From positions 1-64,000 of the IMG/VR virus record IMGVR_UViG_3300035670_000034: DNA of 64,000 nt, one strand, 5' to 3'. This document shows positions 46,902 through 53,922 of the stretch, in pieces. Under the pieces are notes generated by a model that saw only the letters and a program-made list of their open reading frames with translations, did not search any database and had not been told where the DNA came from. This DNA comes from a virus. Position numbers and translations under genes: made by a program. How positions within the stretch are numbered: position 1 is the stretch's first letter; each line of letters starts with the position of its first letter.

Positions 46902-49900
46902 AAAAGTACGCATTACTCAAAAACATTTCAAAAGGAATTAACTTTGGAATTGTTGTCAAGTCAGAAAACGGATACTCCTTTTACGGATGGAGCGACAAGG
47001 GCATTGAATGGTCAAAATGGGCCAATGAGAATAACGGCGGGCTAAAAGACCTTCCAGTGGGAATTTCTGTCAGCGAATTTAAGTCTCTCTCCGAAGAGAT
47101 GATGAATAAAATTGTCATCAATACAAAAGACGCTGTTGCTGCTGGGTCCGGATTGCTCAAATCGGAATCAAGCATGGTGCTGGTGGAATCAGAAAAGTTT
47201 CCAAATGCTTCCAAATTCCCTTCCGTAACAAACAGCCGTATTTTGATTGGGTCAACCAACAAGAAAACTTCTGTTGCCTATAAGGCAAAACATTTTAAGC
47301 ACTCTATTGCGCGAAGCGAGATTGCTTTTAAGGTAAGAAATAATGAACTTGCATTCAACCCCAAAACAAAACAATTTAACGCAAAACCAAACAGGGCTTC
47401 GCAATTTGCAGAGAGAAACAATATCCAGTCAAAGATGTCGCGTGGAGCAGAAAGAAAGTTTGGCGAAAGAGTTGTCAAATCTATTAATGACCAAGTATTT
47501 GAAACCGAAAAGGTCAAACTTACCAAGCGCGACAGCGTTGGCGTAAACACAAAAGAGGTAGTTGAGTTCTTTGCAAAGGGAAGACTTGGCTATACAATTG
47601 GTCGCGCCGGCAGCGCTGCTGTTCGCGGAATTACCCCAAACAGACGCACTCGCGGTGCCGCTTCGCGGGTAATTGCTGGAGTTCTTGACCCAAGAAAGAG
47701 AAGAGACGTCGACGGCGATGGAATGATTTTTGACGGCACCTGGCGAGAAATGCCAGACCCAACCAGATTTGTGAATAAGCCCGAAAACTTCAGTGGGGGA
47801 TTGGCTCGCCGCAACAGGGAGGGGGCTGGGAGGGTTGTTCCGCTTCCGAGTCGAAGTAACGACGATAGGGGCGGGTATGCGCTATTGAGCAGCACTCAAG
47901 GTGAGCGACAGCGCCCGAGAAATATTACCCAAACTGCAGCGGCTGGAGGTGGAGACGGTCCAAACCCGCCACGTGTCGCAACTGCACGACTGATGAGAAT
48001 GGACCCGAAGAATTCTCGCCTTGCAAGAGAAATGACATATGACCCACAAAATGGGGATTTTACCGTCAGGTACAGAGATGGTCGTGTCGAAAAATTTACT
48101 GATGTTCCATACGAAAGAGTCAGAAAGGCTGGTTTTGATGACAAGCCAGACCCGTTAATCACCGCGCTAGAAAACGAGCAGAACAAGAAGCCAAGTCGCC
48201 CGATGGGATTAATGTCATCGACTGACAAAACACCTTCATCGAAGAAACCAAAAGTTGTTAACAGAACTTCATTTGTTGAACCGAATAAGGGAAGTAAATC
48301 TTCCACAAAAATGACGATGGAACGAGCCGCCGACATTCTCGGTGATATGACCAAAAATTCTGAAGACCGTGGTTATGGTGCATGGGATGAGGCAATAAGC
48401 AAAGTCTTTGGCACAGACAGAACGGATATGACCGGATTCCCGAGGCTCATATCAAATATTGGCGCTCGAATTGACCAGGCCATAAATTCTCCGTCAATGT
48501 CCGATGAAAAAAATAAATCAAAACTGAAGACGTGGACAAAAATTGTAAACGACGTTGCCGATTCACTCTCTCCAAACGAGGGCAGATTCAATGCAGATGC
48601 CATAAGCGAATTAGCAAAGTTCATTGATGATGTTTGGCTAAACAGAGACGCCGACGCAAGCGCCGTTATCAGGGCGTTTGACCCAGATGACAAAAATTCC
48701 AATTTTGCAACCGCGATTGAAGCGGTTATGGCGTATTCGCTGGGCAAATTGAAGGACGCAAAATCTCGTGGCCTATACATGGACGGCAGAGGGAGAAAAT
48801 CAAGAACCGGAAGCGTTATAGACGAAATTCTTGATTCTGCTGGTGGGGCGAACGAGCCAGAACTTGCACGAGGCCTCAACAAGGTACGACGGGGAATGAC
48901 GCTAAATTCAGAAGAGCGTTCCGGCCTTCTCGAATCATTGGACAATATTAAGAAAAATAATGAAGATTTTGATGGCGATTCACGTCTTGATGACCTTATC
49001 GACGAAGTTAACTCCCTCGGCGATGGAGGCGACATCATAGATGATTTGCTTACTGCTGCAGATGGTGCCAACGAGCGAGAACTGGAAAAGAATCTTAAGA
49101 AAGTTAGAGATAACAGAAAACTAACCCCGCAAGAACGAGCAAACTTGCTCGAAGATTTAAGAAACACCCAGAAGAATAATGATGATTTCAGCGGCGACAA
49201 GAGACTCGAAAAACTAATTAACGATGTTAAAAAGGGTGATGACCGTGGCGGCCTCGCGTCTCGGACTTCTGGGCCGGATGATGACGACTCGCGAGAAGAC
49301 GCATACATTGAATCAAGAAGAGAAAAAGAACGTGAACAATTGCAGGGTGTCGCAGATGATATGGCAGAAGATGCGTACATTGAGCAACAGAGAGAGTCTC
49401 GTGGTCTGTCATCATCCACTTCTTCCCTAAAGCCAAAGCCATCAAATCCACAAAGAAACAGCGATGGGAGTTTTGTTAACGTCTTCGATGATTTTGAAAC
49501 GGATGACCTTTTTGGCCGTCTAGGTCACCACAACAAGATAATTAAGCAATTACAAAAGTGGCTGGATGGTGACGGGCCTTTCCCAAAGTCGCTGAACGAT
49601 TGGTACCGCGACCGTGACCGCGCTGAAAAATTTCTTCGCGAATCTAGACAAGAACGCCTTAAGGTAATCAAAGCCTTAAAGGACAGGGGTTACGAAAGTC
49701 CAAATGAGGCAAGGAAAGAATACAATCGTTCCAAGAAAAAGCCAAAAAGTGATTCCCAAAAGCCGCTTACCTATTTGCCATTAGATGCTTTGCCAGATGT
49801 TTTGAGACGGCTCAAGGACAATTTGGATAAAGAAGACAAACCCTCTTACAGGCCACAAAGAGAAGACAAACCCTCTTATAAGCCACTAATTAACTCAGAC

Positions 49901-52900
49901 CTACTCAGTTCTTGGGATGATTTTGCTGAGCAAAGGCCTGCGATGGTCTACAGAGGGAGCGGGCAAAAGCGCCCATCACGTGGACTTGCATCTTCCACCG
50001 ACACAAATAAGCGTGGCTCGATAGTCAATGAACTAATCGATTCAGCGCGCGGCGCAAATGAACCAGATTTTGAAGCCAATCTAAAGAAATTCCGCTCTGG
50101 CGCTGACTTAACCGATGATGAGCGTTCAAGTTTGTTGGAGTCACTCAACGATGTTAAAAATAATAATGCCGACTTTAGCGATGATGCGCGTCTTGACGAT
50201 TTGATTGAGCAGGTTGGCGGAAAGAGCGATACCGAAGACGCCATAAACGCAATCAATAAAATTAGGCGTGGACAAATGCCAACACCAGAAGAAAGAAAGA
50301 GGGCTCTTGCATCTCTTAAATTGATGCGTTCGCCGGATAAGAATCTTAGCGAGGATGAGCGCGACACCATCATGGCGTTGGAAAAGCAAATTTCAGGTCT
50401 CAAGTCGAGCACCGAAGATGATGGTGCAGATATCGACGATGCAATTAAAGCAATCGAAAAAGTCAATCGCGGTGAAAGACTTACCCCTGACGAAAAACAA
50501 AAGGCTCTTAATGCCCTAAAACTTGCCAGGACGCCAGACAGGGGGCTCAGTGAAGACGAGAGAATAGGCGTAATGGATATGGAGAAGCGGATTTCACAAT
50601 CCGCTTTGGCATCCAGAACAACAGGCCGCTCAACAAGAAGGCCAGTTGAACAACCGCTGTCAACAAGAATGGCTATGGTCACAACAGAAAGAGCGAGCAG
50701 GCCAAGGGGACTTGCATCAACAACTGGCACTGACGCTCGCACTGAAGCACCAAAGAAAGATGCCAAACCAAAGAGGCGCAGTCGTCTCATTATTGATATG
50801 GTCGACAATTTTGGAAAAACCAAAAAAGATGGTGACGGAGAACTTTGGGAGTCGATGTCCGACGAACAAAAGTCTCAAGCAAAAGAAGCGATTGCAGCAC
50901 AAAGGAAAGTCATCGAGGACAGACTCAAGACAAAATCATTTAAGGGTTGGTGGCAAAAAGCCGAGCAAGGAAGCGACAAAGAGACACTGCGCGCAGTAAA
51001 GAAGCGTGCCAAGGGTCAAGCCGGCGGCACATACGAGGGAAGACCCAAGGACGACCCACTAAACAAAAATGACGTTCAAGACCTTCTTGTGGTTCTTGAT
51101 GATGCCGTTGCTAAAGGTCGAATTAAGAAATACAAACTCAATGATGACGGAACAGTCAAAACTGATAAAGATGGAAGGCCGATAATGACGGAGGCCTATT
51201 CGCGTGCAGCGAGAGACCTTGACGACCTTCTCACAATTCTGAACATGGAAGAAGAGGGTGATTTTTCGGCGCTTGAACATTTCCATACCGGAACAAGGGC
51301 CGCAATTCACAAAAAAGTTGGAACCACCGCAACCGGAAAATTCAAAATGGGCGATTCCTCAATCGCTGGCCAGGCGGGCGGCCTATCAAAGGCGCAAAGC
51401 GTCGAGGAACTCAGCGATGTCGACCTTGGCAAAGCCAAAAAACTCTCCATTGGCCGCAGACTGCTGCGCGTCAATGAAAGGCGTGCCGCACGAGCACGAC
51501 AGCGAGCACTGAGAAGACAGGGTGCTTTCAGAAAGGGAAGAATCCTTACATCGGGAGACCCCGAACTTGAACTAAAGAGAGCACGCCTGCGTGCTCGCGC
51601 CCTGAAGAGAACAATGGTTTCGAAATTCAGAAAGTCAAGAGATGCCGACGGACTCTCAAGGGACATGAGCAAGGCAAAGGCTGAGGTTGGAGCGGTAACA
51701 ATTGATAACGATGGCAAAGTCACAATAACACCACGCTATGTATCGATGCTTTCCAAACTTGGCGGAGAGTACAACAGAGCAAAGAATGTTGGCGATGACG
51801 ACGCAAAGAGAAAAGTGTTTGACCAATTGCTTGCAGACCTGTGGGTGAACAGTGGAATGTCTGGAGAACCAACACTAATCACCGAAGATGAAGCGCGAAA
51901 ACTGGTTGCCGCTGGCTGGCAGCCAGTGATTCGTGGAACTGGTAGTGAAGAGGTAAACAGCGAGTCTTATGTTGAACAGTTTTTGACGAACAAGGAAGAA
52001 CTGCGATTCATTCCGGGCCAAGGCATGAGGGCATACGGCGTTGGCGAATATTTTGCATTCCCGGGAAGCAACTGGAGCGGATATAGAGGAACCGGGGACC
52101 AAAGACACACCATTCTTGCCCTCATTCCACCAAGTGCCGACATTGTCAGTGTTGGCGAACTTACCCGCGAACGAGACAAGATGCGCGATTTGACTTCCCG
52201 TGCGGTTGATGCGACCAAAGCACTCGGTGGGCGTGATGCCGCTGCTGCACTCTCACCTGGAGAACTGGCTGAGGCTTACAGAAAGGCGTTGCCAAATCTT
52301 GATGCAGAAACATCGAGAAGTGGTCAGATTGTGAGCCAACTCGTGCAAAGACTTGAAGAACTTGACAAGATGCCAGCATCTGATGAGGCAACAAAAGAGA
52401 AGAAAGAAATTTTGGGAGCATTTGACTACCTGCAAAGTTTCACAAGACAAAAGGATGTCGGCTACTTTGCGCCACTTATCGGTGTTGACGGAATTGACAC
52501 GAACGATAACACTGGAACAGGTTCGCCATTCTTGTTGCACAACAGAGCAAATGTTGCCGCTGTGCTCAGGCCGCTAACCAGCGACGAGGCAGAGGGCCTC
52601 GCAAAACAGGAGAATGGTGGCTCCGTTGGAAACATTTGGAGAAACTGGAAGACAAGACCAGATAGAAGCCGCGAGGGTGCAGCAATTGAGGACCGAAGAA
52701 GAGTTCTTGTTGGCGGCAAGAGAAGACGCCTGTCGACAAGACGTCCTGGCTCAGATGGCGGTGACTCTGGCTCATCGGCACCCGATTCCCCAGCACCAAC
52801 ACCACAAAACGTAACGCCAGTTTCAAAGAGCGCAGTAAACACTGACTCATGGAAGCAAGGAAGACCCCAGTCAGTTGGCTCAAATCCAGCAACTCTTCTT

Positions 52901-53518
52901 ACTGACCCAAATGGAACCACCTATTACACAAAACTAAAGAAGGCTGGCGAAACAACGCAACAGGCACGCGAGAGAATGGAGACCGAGGTTCTTGCCGGAA
53001 AACTGTACGAACTTGCCGGAGTTCCGGTTGCTGACCTTCAAATGGGAACAAACAATGGCGACCCTGTCATGTTGTCCAGAATGATTCAATCAAGAATGCC
53101 ACAAGGCGCTGGTGACAATAACGCCGCTAGAGACGGTTTTGTTGTTGACGCTTGGTTGGCCAACTGGGACGCCCCACTAAATGACAACATTAAAATCGAC
53201 AACAACGGCAGGGCGGTCAGACTTGACGTTGGCGGCTCCCTCGACTACAGGGCGCAAGGCGCCAAAAAGGGGAGCGGAGGAAGCGTTTCTTTTGGAAATA
53301 GTGTAGGCGAAATGACATCTCTACAAAAAAGAGGAAATATTGACTTTACCGCAATGGATGCAAATGAACTAAAGAAGCAGGCTCAAAAATTAGGAACAGT
53401 AACAGATGACCAAATTAGAAAAACTGTATCTGCGATAGTTTCTGACCCTGCACGTGCAAAAGTTCTTGCTGATACACTCATTGCTCGCCGCGACGATATT
53501 GTGAAACGATATGGGTGA
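46898..53518 (+). CDS. Giant polyvalent head-module protein (2206 aa): DxDGDG module, KTSC-like, helical repeats, ART-like, C-terminal HipA/PI3-4K-like kinase
   Basis: RDVDGDGMIFDGTW (47681-47770); KTSC-like (47993-48176); five helical repeats; GMRAYGVGEYFA; YYTK...ETEVLAGKLY...WLANWD...RLDVGGSL. Confidence 0.85.
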   Translation: MKKYALLKNISKGINFGIVVKSENGYSFYGWSDKGIEWSKWANENNGGLKDLPVGISVSEFKSLSEEMMNKIVINTKDAVAAGSGLLKSESSMVLVESEKFPNASKFPSVTNSRILIGSTNKKTSVAYKAKHFKHSIARSEIAFKVRNNELAFNPKTKQFNAKPNRASQFAERNNIQSKMSRGAERKFGERVVKSINDQVFETEKVKLTKRDSVGVNTKEVVEFFAKGRLGYTIGRAGSAAVRGITPNRRTRGAASRVIAGVLDPRKRRDVDGDGMIFDGTWREMPDPTRFVNKPENFSGGLARRNREGAGRVVPLPSRSNDDRGGYALLSSTQGERQRPRNITQTAAAGGGDGPNPPRVATARLMRMDPKNSRLAREMTYDPQNGDFTVRYRDGRVEKFTDVPYERVRKAGFDDKPDPLITALENEQNKKPSRPMGLMSSTDKTPSSKKPKVVNRTSFVEPNKGSKSSTKMTMERAADILGDMTKNSEDRGYGAWDEAISKVFGTDRTDMTGFPRLISNIGARIDQAINSPSMSDEKNKSKLKTWTKIVNDVADSLSPNEGRFNADAISELAKFIDDVWLNRDADASAVIRAFDPDDKNSNFATAIEAVMAYSLGKLKDAKSRGLYMDGRGRKSRTGSVIDEILDSAGGANEPELARGLNKVRRGMTLNSEERSGLLESLDNIKKNNEDFDGDSRLDDLIDEVNSLGDGGDIIDDLLTAADGANERELEKNLKKVRDNRKLTPQERANLLEDLRNTQKNNDDFSGDKRLEKLINDVKKGDDRGGLASRTSGPDDDDSREDAYIESRREKEREQLQGVADDMAEDAYIEQQRESRGLSSSTSSLKPKPSNPQRNSDGSFVNVFDDFETDDLFGRLGHHNKIIKQLQKWLDGDGPFPKSLNDWYRDRDRAEKFLRESRQERLKVIKALKDRGYESPNEARKEYNRSKKKPKSDSQKPLTYLPLDALPDVLRRLKDNLDKEDKPSYRPQREDKPSYKPLINSDLLSSWDDFAEQRPAMVYRGSGQKRPSRGLASSTDTNKRGSIVNELIDSARGANEPDFEANLKKFRSGADLTDDERSSLLESLNDVKNNNADFSDDARLDDLIEQVGGKSDTEDAINAINKIRRGQMPTPEERKRALASLKLMRSPDKNLSEDERDTIMALEKQISGLKSSTEDDGADIDDAIKAIEKVNRGERLTPDEKQKALNALKLARTPDRGLSEDERIGVMDMEKRISQSALASRTTGRSTRRPVEQPLSTRMAMVTTERASRPRGLASTTGTDARTEAPKKDAKPKRRSRLIIDMVDNFGKTKKDGDGELWESMSDEQKSQAKEAIAAQRKVIEDRLKTKSFKGWWQKAEQGSDKETLRAVKKRAKGQAGGTYEGRPKDDPLNKNDVQDLLVVLDDAVAKGRIKKYKLNDDGTVKTDKDGRPIMTEAYSRAARDLDDLLTILNMEEEGDFSALEHFHTGTRAAIHKKVGTTATGKFKMGDSSIAGQAGGLSKAQSVEELSDVDLGKAKKLSIGRRLLRVNERRAARARQRALRRQGAFRKGRILTSGDPELELKRARLRARALKRTMVSKFRKSRDADGLSRDMSKAKAEVGAVTIDNDGKVTITPRYVSMLSKLGGEYNRAKNVGDDDAKRKVFDQLLADLWVNSGMSGEPTLITEDEARKLVAAGWQPVIRGTGSEEVNSESYVEQFLTNKEELRFIPGQGMRAYGVGEYFAFPGSNWSGYRGTGDQRHTILALIPPSADIVSVGELTRERDKMRDLTSRAVDATKALGGRDAAAALSPGELAEAYRKALPNLDAETSRSGQIVSQLVQRLEELDKMPASDEATKEKKEILGAFDYLQSFTRQKDVGYFAPLIGVDGIDTNDNTGTGSPFLLHNRANVAAVLRPLTSDEAEGLAKQENGGSVGNIWRNWKTRPDRSREGAAIEDRRRVLVGGKRRRLSTRRPGSDGGDSGSSAPDSPAPTPQNVTPVSKSAVNTDSWKQGRPQSVGSNPATLLTDPNGTTYYTKLKKAGETTQQARERMETEVLAGKLYELAGVPVADLQMGTNNGDPVMLSRMIQSRMPQGAGDNNAARDGFVVDAWLANWDAPLNDNIKIDNNGRAVRLDVGGSLDYRAQGAKKGSGGSVSFGNSVGEMTSLQKRGNIDFTAMDANELKKQAQKLGTVTDDQIRKTVSAIVSDPARAKVLADTLIARRDDIVKRYG

Positions 53519-53921
53519 GGAAAATATGGAAAAAAAGAGAGATTACGAGGCATATAAAGCCGCAGAAGCAAAAATGGAGAAGATGGAGCGCGAATTGCAC
53601 CAACTTATTGAGTATCCTCCCTTTTCAGAGATAGACGATGGAAGTGGCGATGAAGATTATGACGGATTGAACCCCAAATGGGGATTTCCGGACCTAACCG
53701 AAAGAGGATTGCAACTTCAGGAAGCAGTGAAAGACGCAATCAAAGGAATGAATGAGGAAACCGCTGGCGTCGACTACTACGACGTTGACCCTTCGGTTAT
53801 GGCAAAGTGTTTTACTAAAGTTTTTGATGAATTCAAAGATGATATTGAGGAGGCTCGCTTGTATGCAAAGCGACACCCGGGGAATAACATTCCCGCCCTC
53901 AAGGCTTACAAAATGAAGTAG
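53511..53921 (+). CDS. Acidic hypothetical protein (136 aa; start may be 53526)
   Basis: Overlaps the end of the kinase-bearing gene; D/E-rich. Confidence 0.65.
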   Translation: MGEENMEKKRDYEAYKAAEAKMEKMERELHQLIEYPPFSEIDDGSGDEDYDGLNPKWGFPDLTERGLQLQEAVKDAIKGMNEETAGVDYYDVDPSVMAKCFTKVFDEFKDDIEEARLYAKRHPGNNIPALKAYKMK

Positions 53922-53922
53922 G

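Noticed and set aside
49948-50823. Long antisense ORFs (291 aa here, 348 aa at 48373-49419) within the 2206-aa gene
   Set aside because: Ser/Leu/Phe-rich mirrors of the D/E/K-rich sense protein; not credible genes.
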